Source: Spirochaetota bacterium (GTDB lineage Bacteria > Spirochaetota > UBA4802 > JAFGJZ01). Taken from it: a stretch of DNA of 64,000 bases. Position 1 is the stretch's first letter. Each line of letters opens with the position of its first letter. The position numbers and the translations under genes are program-made. The stretch is from NCBI GenBank assembly GCA_027858855.1, contig JAQIBV010000039.1, forward strand, positions 84,990-148,989, written 5' to 3'. Shown piece after piece: positions 38,196-48,219 of the stretch. The notes below the pieces were generated by a model. The model made no database searches, had not been told where the DNA came from, and saw only the letters and a program-made list of their open reading frames with translations.

Positions 38196-40466
38196 ATGAA
38201 ATCACAATTATCACGGACATTCATACAATTTCTTTACCTTTTTAAAGAATCCTCAACCAGGTTCTCTCTTCTTTTCGTTATTCTGCTTATAACTGTAACA
38301 ACAATTTACCTCTCCCTTAACAAATTCGGCATAACCTATGAGTACCAAATTGGTGATATCGCAGAAGAGAATATTCGGGTACCTTGGGATATCACATATC
38401 TGCTGAATCAGGAGACTGTTACCGAGAAAGAACGGGTAATGGCTGCCGTTCCGCTGGTTTTTGACATGAATCGAAGCATCCTGATGGATCGTATTCAGCA
38501 TATTAACATGCTATTTTCTCACATAGATACTGTTGTTAACAGTCCTGACGGAAAGGCAATCACTGAAGAGTCAGTCAAAATTGCAATTATTCAGGATGCA
38601 CTTCCTGATACAAATAAATATTCCGAGAATATAATAATCGCCCTCCTGAGATACAAGGATACTGAATCATTACGACTCACAACTGTTCGTATATTAAATG
38701 ATATCTATGAACGCGGAATTCTTGAAGAGGAATACAGCAATCCTATTCAAATAAATAACAAGAATGTAGTTGTCCGAACTATTGGCGAAAACGATGAATA
38801 TGTGGAAGAGCGTCGCTCTCTTGATTCTCTTCATTCGCTCGATTCCATAATGAAGGGGTTAAACGCCCTGAGTTCCGAATACACCGAAGATCTTCCCAAA
38901 AATCAGCGCTGGGCCATCTATCTTGTCGTGAAAGAAAATATTATCCAGAATGTTCGTTTCAATCGTGAAGAGACTAAACGGCGTTTACAGCAGGCTGCAA
39001 ATGCCGTTGCGCCTGTAACAGGTGTATTAAAAAAAGGGCAGGTTATCGTCCGTGAAGGAGATTCTGTAACATCGGACTCCCTCAAACTGATTGGAATTTT
39101 GAACAGTTATACATCAAGATTTAATGCTAAATATGTAGTAGGTATTGTTCTTTTTCAGATTGCATTCTATTTCATACTTGGTCTTTTCATGCGTGGCTTC
39201 AATAAAATTATTCGCTTTAACCGTCAATCCCTGCTAATTGCTACCATGTTATTAATCGGGTTTTTTACCTACTCTTTTGTTGTTGTACGAACCATCGATT
39301 ACATGAATACCAACATGGTTTATGCTCTATATTTACCGGTTACCTTTATCACAATGGTCGTAACAATTCTTTTTTCTGTGCCGATGGGTATGCTTGCCGG
39401 TATATACATTATATTTTTTATAATGATGCTTACAGGTGCTAGCTTCGGAGATCTTGCTATTGCTTTTAATTCGGTATTTCTTGGAATTTTTACTGTTAAA
39501 ACTATTGAAAAGCGGGTAGATTTTCTTAAGACCGGTTTTCTAATCGGTTTTGCTAACTCAGTAATTATTCTGACTCTCGTTTTTATGAACAACATTCCTC
39601 AGGAACAGTTCTTTGACAATGTTCAACTCTCTATTGTCTCCGGTTTCGTTAACTGTATTGCTGTAATGGGGATTTTTCCATTATTTGAACACTTTTTTGG
39701 AATAACTACACAATTTAAACTATTTGAGCTAACCGACTTGAATGCTCCAATCTTCAAAGAGATGCTCATCAAAGCTCCGGGCACCTATAATCACTCAATT
39801 CTGGTAGCGAATATGGCTGAAGCCGCCTGCAAGGAGATCGGAGCGAACTCACTATTAACCCGTGTTGGTAGTTATTACCACGATATCGGAAAATTAAAAA
39901 ATCCGCATATTTTCATTGAAAACATGAGCGATAAGGGCGCAGTTAACCTGAGCCCGCATGTATATTCAAAAAGAATTATAGGTCATGTTAAAGAAGGTGT
40001 AAAGCTGGCTCGAGAAAACGACATTCCCCAGGATATAATTGATTTCATTGAACAACATCATGGTGATTCCGTCATGACTTTTTTCTACCATCAGGCTCTA
40101 GATATTGCCAATAAAAGTAAAAAGAAAAAAATATCTGTGGAAAAAAGCGACTTCTCATATTCCGGCCCTAAACCTCAAACAAAAGAGACTGCCATCGTTA
40201 TGCTGGCAGATGCAATAGAGGCAGCATCCCGGTCTCTTGTAAAGCCAACCGAAGAAAAGCTTGAACAGTTAGTATCTAAAATTGTTTCGAGCCGGTTGAC
40301 CGAGGGGACACTGGATGAAGCAGACCTGACCATGAATGAACTGTCAGTAATCAAGAACGGTTTTGTATCAGTATTGACGGGGATATTCCATACTCGTATG
40401 AAATATCCTGATCAGAAGAGCATCAAATCGCTTGAAAAAAAAATAAAACAGAATAATAGTAAATGA
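38196..40466 (+). CDS. 7TM-receptor HD-GYP-less HD hydrolase (7TMR-HD / PgpH-like)
   Basis: Extracellular N-domain, seven TM helices, and an HDIG domain (HSILVANMAE..., YHDIGK, EQHHG). Confidence 0.88.
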   Translation: MKSQLSRTFIQFLYLFKESSTRFSLLFVILLITVTTIYLSLNKFGITYEYQIGDIAEENIRVPWDITYLLNQETVTEKERVMAAVPLVFDMNRSILMDRIQHINMLFSHIDTVVNSPDGKAITEESVKIAIIQDALPDTNKYSENIIIALLRYKDTESLRLTTVRILNDIYERGILEEEYSNPIQINNKNVVVRTIGENDEYVEERRSLDSLHSLDSIMKGLNALSSEYTEDLPKNQRWAIYLVVKENIIQNVRFNREETKRRLQQAANAVAPVTGVLKKGQVIVREGDSVTSDSLKLIGILNSYTSRFNAKYVVGIVLFQIAFYFILGLFMRGFNKIIRFNRQSLLIATMLLIGFFTYSFVVVRTIDYMNTNMVYALYLPVTFITMVVTILFSVPMGMLAGIYIIFFIMMLTGASFGDLAIAFNSVFLGIFTVKTIEKRVDFLKTGFLIGFANSVIILTLVFMNNIPQEQFFDNVQLSIVSGFVNCIAVMGIFPLFEHFFGITTQFKLFELTDLNAPIFKEMLIKAPGTYNHSILVANMAEAACKEIGANSLLTRVGSYYHDIGKLKNPHIFIENMSDKGAVNLSPHVYSKRIIGHVKEGVKLARENDIPQDIIDFIEQHHGDSVMTFFYHQALDIANKSKKKKISVEKSDFSYSGPKPQTKETAIVMLADAIEAASRSLVKPTEEKLEQLVSKIVSSRLTEGTLDEADLTMNELSVIKNGFVSVLTGIFHTRMKYPDQKSIKSLEKKIKQNNSK

Positions 40467-40933
40467 ATCAGGCATTGGCAGTAGTTGAAATTTTCGAATC
40501 GCTCTCTCTTCCTTTTTCCGGCATAGATGCTCTTTGTATCGAGACTGACGCAATGAGGCTTATGGATCTTCTTGATCTGAATAACAGTGAAATTACGATT
40601 ATCCTCTGTTCAAATGCTGAAATTCAATCAATTAACAGTGAATACCGTTCTAAAGATTATCCAACCGACGTAATATCATTTGCATACAGGGAAGAGGCAT
40701 TTCCTGGCGAAAACTCAGATGAAACTGAATACCTTGGTGATATTTTTCTTTCACTTGAGAAAGCAAAGGAGCAGGCTACAGAGCTTGATCAAAAACTTTC
40801 ATGCGAAGTGAGAAGGCTTTTGGCACATTCAATACTTCACCTTATAGGTTATGACCACGAAACAGGTGAAGAGGATGCCGAAAAGATGTTCGCGAAGGAA
40901 GATGAGTTACTCTTATCACTAGATAATAGTTGA
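40463..40933 (+). CDS. ybeY: rRNA maturation endoribonuclease YbeY
   Basis: HSILHLIGYDHE zinc motif. ATGA overlap with the upstream gene. Conserved phoH-HD-ybeY gene order. Confidence 0.93.
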   Translation: MNQALAVVEIFESLSLPFSGIDALCIETDAMRLMDLLDLNNSEITIILCSNAEIQSINSEYRSKDYPTDVISFAYREEAFPGENSDETEYLGDIFLSLEKAKEQATELDQKLSCEVRRLLAHSILHLIGYDHETGEEDAEKMFAKEDELLLSLDNS

Positions 40934-40955
40934 ATTTTTTTTTAAGCAGATACAA

Positions 40956-42704
40956 TCATACTTCGGTAATACGAGTTTCAATATAATCCATCACTCTGTC
41001 GGCTGTGATACGAGCTTCACTCTCTACTTCTGCAAAAGACCTGTCGCCCATAACCGATACAGCCGAGATGTAAAACTTGATCTTGGGCTCGGTTCCGGAT
41101 GGCCTGATAGTGAAACCTGAACCATCAGAATAAAAATATTGAAGAACGTTTGAGACAGGAAGCTCTTGAACGGTATCTGCCGTTTCAGAAATGCAGTCGT
41201 AGCGCAACTGTTCCTGATAATCGTGTATGCTGATCAGGACGGCCTCTCCGATGAGGACAGGAGGCATTGACCGGAAATTTTCCATTATCTTCCGGATACG
41301 ATCCGCACCGTCAGCACCTTCAAGCACAATATAACGCATCTCTTCTAGGTAATAACCGAATTCCCGATATATCTGCATCAACCGTTCATACAGATCCATT
41401 CCATTGTTCTTGTAATATGCAGCCATCTCGCACAACAATAGGGCTGTTGATACAGCATCCTTATCGCGAACAAAATTGACAGGAAGATAACCATAACTCT
41501 CTTCACAACCAAAAATAAAATTGTAGGCTTCACTCTGCTCAAACTCTCGCATCAAAGCCCCGATCCATTTAAAGCCTGTTAAAACATTCAGAACCTCAAC
41601 AGATTCTTTTTCGCATAATACTTTTAGTAGCTCTGTCGTAAGAATTGTTTTTATTACAACCGGATTATCAGGCAGAATTTTTTCCCGTTTTAGATTATTG
41701 ATAATATAATCACAAAGAAGTACAGCGGTTTGATTCCCATTCAAAAGATGATATTCATCATTATGGCAAACACCAACGCCGATACGATCCGCATCCGGGT
41801 CCGTTGCAAAAACAATATCAGCGTTTATAGCTTTGGCATCCTGAAGCGCAAGAGCCATGGCCTGCTTCTCTTCAGGATTAGGATATTCGACAGTAGGAAA
41901 ATCACCATCAGGATCCATCTGCGCTTTTACAATCGACAATTCGTTAAAACCGGCACTTTTTAAAAGATCAGGTAAAATCGTAATACCGCTTCCATGTAGA
42001 GGAGAGTAGACGATAGAAAGATGTTGAGCATTCTCAACAGAAGGTAGTGCCTTAATTACTTGATCAATGTAAGACTGTCTGAGTTTATCTCCGATTATAG
42101 TGACTGTTCCACGTGAAATTGCGGATGCAATGTCTGTTTTTTTTATCTTATCTATTGAGTCGATAGCGGATATTTCTGAAATAATCTGTTTGTCCTGTGG
42201 AGGTACGATTTGACAGCCATCACTGAAATAGACCTTATAACCATTGTATTCAGGTGGATTATGACTTGCAGTTATAACCACACCTGCGCCAGCCTGCAAC
42301 TCTCTTATTGCAAATGAACATAGAGGAACAGACGTCAATCGATCAAAAAGATAGGCCTTAACACCGTTACCTGCCAGTACAGCGGCACATTCACGAGCAA
42401 ATTTCTCTGAACAGCGACGGGAGTCGTAGGCGATAACTACTCCCTTATCAGCAAGCCCCTCTTTGAGAAGGTAACCGGCAAGCCCCTGTGTTGCTAGACC
42501 GACTGTATATACATTCATTCTGTTAGAACCTGCGCCTAGTTTTCCACGCAAACCGCCTGTTCCGAAATCCAGATCCCTGTAAAACCGGTCAGAAAGCTCG
42601 ACTATATTATCGTCTGTGATAAGCTCTGAAATCTCTTCGCGCGTTTCAGCATCATAAGGTGGGCGCGTCCATTTTTCAGCCTTTGCAGCAATCAGACTAT
42701 TCAT
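40956..42704 (-). CDS. phospho-sugar mutase (phosphoglucomutase/phosphomannomutase family)
   Basis: Active-site TASHNPPEYNGYK and metal loop DPDADR. Confidence 0.92.
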   Translation of the reverse strand: MNSLIAAKAEKWTRPPYDAETREEISELITDDNIVELSDRFYRDLDFGTGGLRGKLGAGSNRMNVYTVGLATQGLAGYLLKEGLADKGVVIAYDSRRCSEKFARECAAVLAGNGVKAYLFDRLTSVPLCSFAIRELQAGAGVVITASHNPPEYNGYKVYFSDGCQIVPPQDKQIISEISAIDSIDKIKKTDIASAISRGTVTIIGDKLRQSYIDQVIKALPSVENAQHLSIVYSPLHGSGITILPDLLKSAGFNELSIVKAQMDPDGDFPTVEYPNPEEKQAMALALQDAKAINADIVFATDPDADRIGVGVCHNDEYHLLNGNQTAVLLCDYIINNLKREKILPDNPVVIKTILTTELLKVLCEKESVEVLNVLTGFKWIGALMREFEQSEAYNFIFGCEESYGYLPVNFVRDKDAVSTALLLCEMAAYYKNNGMDLYERLMQIYREFGYYLEEMRYIVLEGADGADRIRKIMENFRSMPPVLIGEAVLISIHDYQEQLRYDCISETADTVQELPVSNVLQYFYSDGSGFTIRPSGTEPKIKFYISAVSVMGDRSFAEVESEARITADRVMDYIETRITEV

Positions 42705-42950
42705 TATATCTCCATAAAACAGGGCGCTATAAACAACCTGTTTTTTTCATTTTAAAAAAATATGCTTTCCCCACCAACTCCGATGGAGAGAAAAAGTAAC
42801 ACAGATTCAATCAACATACTATACATCTCTCACTCCTATCGGTGACGGAGAAAAAGGGCTTTCAATATTCTCAGAAAGCATACAGTATAATTCTCATTTC
42901 TATCAATAGCGGAGTTAGAAAACTTCTAATATTCAGAAAGAACGCACCAT

Positions 42951-42985
42951 GTTCTCTTCCCCCGCCGAAGGCGGGGGAAGAGAAC
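42951..42985. other. orphan GC-rich perfect hairpin (16-bp stem) in a divergent intergenic region
   Basis: gttctcttcccccgcc-gaa-ggcgggggaagagaac. Its CTCTTC...CCCCG core resembles the hairpin at 18246..18294. Confidence 0.8.
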
Positions 42986-43269
42986 TCAACAAGACCTACT
43001 TTTTTACCAGCAACATGTCAAACAGAAAAAGTTGTGGTTGACGCATTTACCTTTAAACCTGACAATAAAATGCACGGTTTATGAATGGCTCTTTTTCAAC
43101 CAAAAATTGTCATTTTAAAACTATTAGTTGATCTATTCTGATTGTATAAATTTCAACAAATTTCAACAACTTTAAAAAACTTTCAAAGAATGCATTATCC
43201 AGGCAGTATATTTAAATGATCCAAATATTTATCGGGTAGCCGTTAATAGATAAAGATAGTCAGGATACA

Positions 43270-44676
43270 ATGATAACTGAATCAATTAAAGATAAAATGA
43301 CAGCGACGATTGATAATTTTTTAAACAGATATTGTTCGAATATCAGTTCACGTCACTTTTTATTGTCACTATCAGGAGGCAAGGACAGCATGGTTCTTGC
43401 AGATCTGTTTATAATTTTGAAAGAGAAGTACGGATTCAAAATTTCTGTTTTTCATCTTGATCATATGACTCGTAATGGAGAATCAGCAAAAGATGCTCAA
43501 TTAGTTCAAGATTTCTGTTCTGATAACAGGTTAACCTGCTACAATCATGAACATGATTTCTGTAATTCATCAAATTTTGAAGAGAAGGCCAGGGATGTCC
43601 GATATTCACTGATGGAGTCGCTTCTTGATCAACACTCAATTGATCATGCCATTACGGCACACACTCTTTCAGATTCTGTCGAAACAGTACTGATGCGAGT
43701 TTTCAGAGGAACATCCATACATGGCCTTCAGGGTATACCTGCATGCCGCGACCGCTATCTTCGTCCGCTTCTTGCTTTTCATACTGAGGATATTCTTCTT
43801 TATGCGCGCGACTACAATGTAAATTACCGCGAAGACAGTACTAACAGCTCTCTCTCATATGACAGAAACTTCATTCGTCATAAAGTCTTGCCCCTGATAT
43901 CTGAACGTTTCAATCCTGTAAAATCAATACCAATTTTAATAGATCATGCAGGTAGTGCCAATAAACTGCTCACTGAATTTATAAAAGAGAAGATCACTAT
44001 TTCAAGAGAAAGTGGTGGATTGGTTTTAATAGTCTCATCATTGCTGGAAGACAAAATATATTTTTCATACGCTGTTGCATACATAATGCGTGATTTGCTT
44101 CACTTAAAAATATCAGGAGCACAGATTGAAGAGATGTATAGGGTTTTCGTCATAAAGAAAACCCACATTACCCTAATGAAGAGCTCTTCAGTTATTGTAC
44201 AAAAAGGACGTGAAGGTGCATCAATTGTAATTCGCTTTATTACATCTTCAGACCAAAAAACTAAATTTATGAATAATTCTCCCGTAACAGCAGGAATACC
44301 GATGGAAGGGAAAAAAACTGAACTATTATACAATGATGTGTCGTATACTATTAGTGCTAAAATGAATACTAATTCATATAACGCAGAAAGCAGAGCGCTT
44401 TTTTTATATATCAATAATTCTGAAACAATTACTTTTCGGAAACGCGAACCCGGTGATCGTATCAGAAGAAACGGAATGGGGCGTTCACTTAAACGTCTTT
44501 CAATTGATTTAAAGCTTTCACATCTTCAAAAAGAGAAGGCTGTTGTTGTTGTTATCGAAAATAAAGTTGTCGCTTTCCTGATTGACCCATATCTTACTGA
44601 ATATGTGATTGATGACTCGTTTCTGACTATTGATAAAAGTAAAAAAATACTTGCCATTCACTGTTCTCAAAAATAG
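43270..44676 (+). CDS. tilS: tRNA(Ile)-lysidine synthetase
   Basis: PP-loop LSLSGGKDSMVL. Length and position (upstream of ftsH) are typical. Confidence 0.9.
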   Translation: MITESIKDKMTATIDNFLNRYCSNISSRHFLLSLSGGKDSMVLADLFIILKEKYGFKISVFHLDHMTRNGESAKDAQLVQDFCSDNRLTCYNHEHDFCNSSNFEEKARDVRYSLMESLLDQHSIDHAITAHTLSDSVETVLMRVFRGTSIHGLQGIPACRDRYLRPLLAFHTEDILLYARDYNVNYREDSTNSSLSYDRNFIRHKVLPLISERFNPVKSIPILIDHAGSANKLLTEFIKEKITISRESGGLVLIVSSLLEDKIYFSYAVAYIMRDLLHLKISGAQIEEMYRVFVIKKTHITLMKSSSVIVQKGREGASIVIRFITSSDQKTKFMNNSPVTAGIPMEGKKTELLYNDVSYTISAKMNTNSYNAESRALFLYINNSETITFRKREPGDRIRRNGMGRSLKRLSIDLKLSHLQKEKAVVVVIENKVVAFLIDPYLTEYVIDDSFLTIDKSKKILAIHCSQK

Positions 44677-44739
44677 ATGTATACCTTAGAGGTGTAAAAT
44701 GTTCTTTAAAAGGGACTATTCACTATCCAGGAGTTATGA

Positions 44740-46566
44740 ATGAACAACATTGTTAAACAACTTTCACTTGTCATATTAATTTTTTTACTCGGTTTTCTGG
44801 TTTACAAGCAGGTAATTGAAACAACAGCAGAACCTCAGGTAATTCCCTATTCTGTTTTTATCGAAAAACTGAATGATAAAGCTGTCCTCGACGCAAAAAT
44901 TTTCCAGAACAACTCAATTAAGGGAACATATATTACAAATGGAAAAGAGTCCGAATATGAGACTATTATCCCGTATCAGGATCCCTACATAGTTCAGGAT
45001 CTTCTGAAACAGGGTGTTCAACTCGAAGGCCAGTCACCTGATGAAAATCAATTTATTAATTCGTTACTAGGGTTTTTACCCTGGTTGCTCTTTATTGGCT
45101 TTTTCTGGTTCATAATGATGCGTCAGGTTCAATCTACCGGGAATAAGGCTATGTCCTTTGGTAAAAGCCGAGCCAAACTGAACCCTGAAAACACTAAAAA
45201 AGTAACCTTTGATGATGTCGCCGGTGTTGAAGAGGCCAAAGATGAATTAGCCGAAATTGTCGACTTTCTTAAGACTCCCGAAAAATTCAGCAAAATAGGA
45301 GCCAAAATTCCTAAAGGCATTCTTCTTATGGGCCCTCCGGGAACAGGTAAAACCCTGCTTGCCCGTGCCATTGCAGGAGAGGCTGGTGTAAAGTTTTTCT
45401 CTATATCGGGTTCAGACTTCGTCGAGATGTTTGTTGGTGTTGGTGCTTCCCGTGTTCGAGATCTTTTTGAGCAGGGAAAGAAAAGTGCACCATGTATAAT
45501 TTTTGTTGATGAGATTGATGCTGTCGGACGCCTTAGAGGGGCCGGACTTGGCGGAGGTCATGATGAACGGGAACAGACTCTGAACCAGTTACTAGTCGAA
45601 ATGGACGGATTCGAATCAAATGAAGGAGTTATCATTGTGGCTGCAACTAACCGGCCTGATGTTCTTGATCCTGCGCTGCTTCGTCCAGGTCGTTTTGACC
45701 GGCAGGTTGTTGTCGATGTCCCCGACTTTCGAGGACGCGAAAAAATACTGGCAGTACATTCCCGTAACATTCCTATGGAAAAAGATGTAGACCTCAAAAC
45801 TATAGCCAAGGGTACTCCGGGCTTTACTGGAGCCGATCTTGCAAACCTGATAAACGAAGGTGCTCTTGTTGCAGCGCGTAACGATAAGACCCGAGTCGGT
45901 ATGCACGAATTGGAAGAGGCAAAAGATAAGGTTCTGATGGGGCCTGAACGCAAGTCGATGATCCTTTCTGATGAAGAGAAAAAGATTACAGCCTATCATG
46001 AAGCCGGTCATGCACTGATTGGGCATCATCTGATGAAACAGGATACAATTCATAAGGTAACCATTATTCCACGTGGGCGCGCACTTGGGCTCACAATGCA
46101 TCTACCTGAAGAGGAGAAGCATAACTATACTCGTCAATATTGGCTTAACATGATATCTTTTCTTTTCGGTGGTCATGTTGCAGAAAAGATTATATTCAAT
46201 GAGACCACTACCGGTTCAAGCAATGACATTGAACGAGCAACAGGTATTGCGCGCAGAATGATCTGTGAATGGGGTATGAGCGATCATTTTGGCCCTATGG
46301 CTATGGGCAAGCGGAACGACCAGCCTTTCATTGGCCGTGACATGGGACACGACAGAGACTATAGTGAGGCTACGGCTCAGGTTATAGACGAAGAGGTCCT
46401 GAAGATTCTTCAGCAGCGTGAGGCTGAAGCAGCTCGGATTCTGGAAGATGACCGCATAATATTCGAGAAGATGGCTCAATATCTTATTGAACGCGAAACT
46501 CTTAATGCTCAGGAGATAAAACTGGTCTTTGCTGGAGAGCCACTACCAGCACTTGATGACATATAA
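44740..46566 (+). CDS. ftsH: ATP-dependent zinc metalloprotease FtsH
   Basis: [11 protein letters not shown] Walker A, DEIDA, SRH region, and HEAGHA zinc motif. Confidence 0.97.
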   Translation: MNNIVKQLSLVILIFLLGFLVYKQVIETTAEPQVIPYSVFIEKLNDKAVLDAKIFQNNSIKGTYITNGKESEYETIIPYQDPYIVQDLLKQGVQLEGQSPDENQFINSLLGFLPWLLFIGFFWFIMMRQVQSTGNKAMSFGKSRAKLNPENTKKVTFDDVAGVEEAKDELAEIVDFLKTPEKFSKIGAKIPKGILLMGPPGTGKTLLARAIAGEAGVKFFSISGSDFVEMFVGVGASRVRDLFEQGKKSAPCIIFVDEIDAVGRLRGAGLGGGHDEREQTLNQLLVEMDGFESNEGVIIVAATNRPDVLDPALLRPGRFDRQVVVDVPDFRGREKILAVHSRNIPMEKDVDLKTIAKGTPGFTGADLANLINEGALVAARNDKTRVGMHELEEAKDKVLMGPERKSMILSDEEKKITAYHEAGHALIGHHLMKQDTIHKVTIIPRGRALGLTMHLPEEEKHNYTRQYWLNMISFLFGGHVAEKIIFNETTTGSSNDIERATGIARRMICEWGMSDHFGPMAMGKRNDQPFIGRDMGHDRDYSEATAQVIDEEVLKILQQREAEAARILEDDRIIFEKMAQYLIERETLNAQEIKLVFAGEPLPALDDI

Positions 46567-46581
46567 AAGGATATTTTAGTA

Positions 46582-48219
46582 ATGGATGATCTTGACAGAC
46601 TTCTTTTAAATGTTGAAAAGGATATTGATATACATTCTTTAAAAGAGGATGAAAAGAAAACTCATGAAAAAACAGTAAGAAGAGGCGATAAAAACATTGG
46701 TGAGGTTTTTGATGATAATGCATCAGACTCTTTCGATTCTGTTTTTGAGCGACTGAAAGATCGCGATGAAATTCAACGCTTTTCGGAAAATCATTGTGAG
46801 GGGTTGAAACCACACTGGAATTATGTTATAGATTTCAAAAACATATTATCGGATCTGACACTTCCCGATCCGGTAATATTTGCTCTCCGCAAACATAAGT
46901 ATAATCTTCTACGATCTATCGAAAATATTGAGAAATTCTATGACGATTTTGCCTCTACTCTTTCCTATATGGATATAGAAAAAATTGCGAAACAGGACTA
47001 TGCTCAATTTTTTCCCGGATACGAAATAGATGAACAAAGAATAGAGTTTCTTGTTTTAAAAGAGATATTTCTGCGTATGAGGGAACTAAATGCACATATA
47101 CGCAAGGAGTGGAAAAGTCTATCTCAAAATATCAAGGTAATGAGTCTTGCAAATGAATCAGGAGCCTTTATTGCCCGTTGTGAAGATATTATACGTAATG
47201 GCATCAACCACTGTAAAGATACCGATCTCTACCTTGAATTTATAGCAGCCATTCTCTACCTTCCTCGTAAAGATTTTGATGTCCTTGAAAGGGATATTGG
47301 CAACCGGATCTACTTCAGAGAAAGTTATGATTACGATTACAGGACTCAGTTTAAAAAAGACATTAGCACTTCTAAAAAAAGTTCAGAATCATCCCAAAAC
47401 GAAAACAGTGCAACTGCTGACTTATCTACTTCCGATACCAAAAATACCGAACATGCGCAAAAAGTATATATGCCCGAGGATGTTATTGAAGAACTACGAT
47501 CATTGTATGCTGTGCCTGGAAAAAGTTCCTGGAATACAAAAGAGCCCTATATAATTAAAATTGATCCTGATAAATTACATCACAACGAAGATGATCTTTC
47601 TCAGGCAATACTTTTCGTAACTGAACAGAAGAGTTCTGAAGCTGTTGATGCAATGGTAAAAAGAGCCATGATCCGTTCAATGCATAACAGCGCTACTGGA
47701 GTGACAACACAGTACGAAGAATTTATCTTTAAGAGTATTATCACGATTGTTGAAAAGATGAAGGATTTATACCATGGAGTTTGCAGTGATATTAACTTAT
47801 TTATCTATCACGCGGCACCAATGACTATTTATAATATTCTTATACGCAAATTTCATAATGAATCAACAGGGGTAATCTTTAAAAAAGTATCCAAATTAAA
47901 GATTGCACGTATACTACCATCTGAGTATATTAAAAGACTGGTCATGATCTGGTTTAATGAAAATATCCATACAAAAAAACTTCAATTCGACAAAATACAC
48001 GATTACAATCAGATTAAATCAACTCTTCACCAACGGTACATGATAGATATAGAGCATCATCTTTCAAAAATAAAAATTGCTGTTAATCATCACAAAGAGA
48101 AAACAGGTGTACAACTGGATAAGAATCTGGTTTTGCATAAACGAGCTTTTGATCTGTTTACAGATACAGAAATAGAGGTATATCTGCGATTTCTTGATGG
48201 AACAATTTTCAGGAAATAA
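46582..48219 (+). CDS. hypothetical protein, 545 aa, no family recognised
   Basis: Long uninterrupted ORF 16 nt after ftsH, with coding-like composition. It has a central Ser/Thr-rich linker. Its 3' end overlaps convergent recG by 11 nt. Confidence 0.6.
   Translation: MDDLDRLLLNVEKDIDIHSLKEDEKKTHEKTVRRGDKNIGEVFDDNASDSFDSVFERLKDRDEIQRFSENHCEGLKPHWNYVIDFKNILSDLTLPDPVIFALRKHKYNLLRSIENIEKFYDDFASTLSYMDIEKIAKQDYAQFFPGYEIDEQRIEFLVLKEIFLRMRELNAHIRKEWKSLSQNIKVMSLANESGAFIARCEDIIRNGINHCKDTDLYLEFIAAILYLPRKDFDVLERDIGNRIYFRESYDYDYRTQFKKDISTSKKSSESSQNENSATADLSTSDTKNTEHAQKVYMPEDVIEELRSLYAVPGKSSWNTKEPYIIKIDPDKLHHNEDDLSQAILFVTEQKSSEAVDAMVKRAMIRSMHNSATGVTTQYEEFIFKSIITIVEKMKDLYHGVCSDINLFIYHAAPMTIYNILIRKFHNESTGVIFKKVSKLKIARILPSEYIKRLVMIWFNENIHTKKLQFDKIHDYNQIKSTLHQRYMIDIEHHLSKIKIAVNHHKEKTGVQLDKNLVLHKRAFDLFTDTEIEVYLRFLDGTIFRK

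Noticed and set aside
45558-46101. Long antisense ORFs inside ftsH (131 and 161 aa). Similar ones lie inside aspS, pheT, metH, PBP1A, pgm and glgX.
   Set aside because: These are shadow ORFs opposite strongly conserved genes, with low-complexity or Arg/Ser-rich translations and no RBS.
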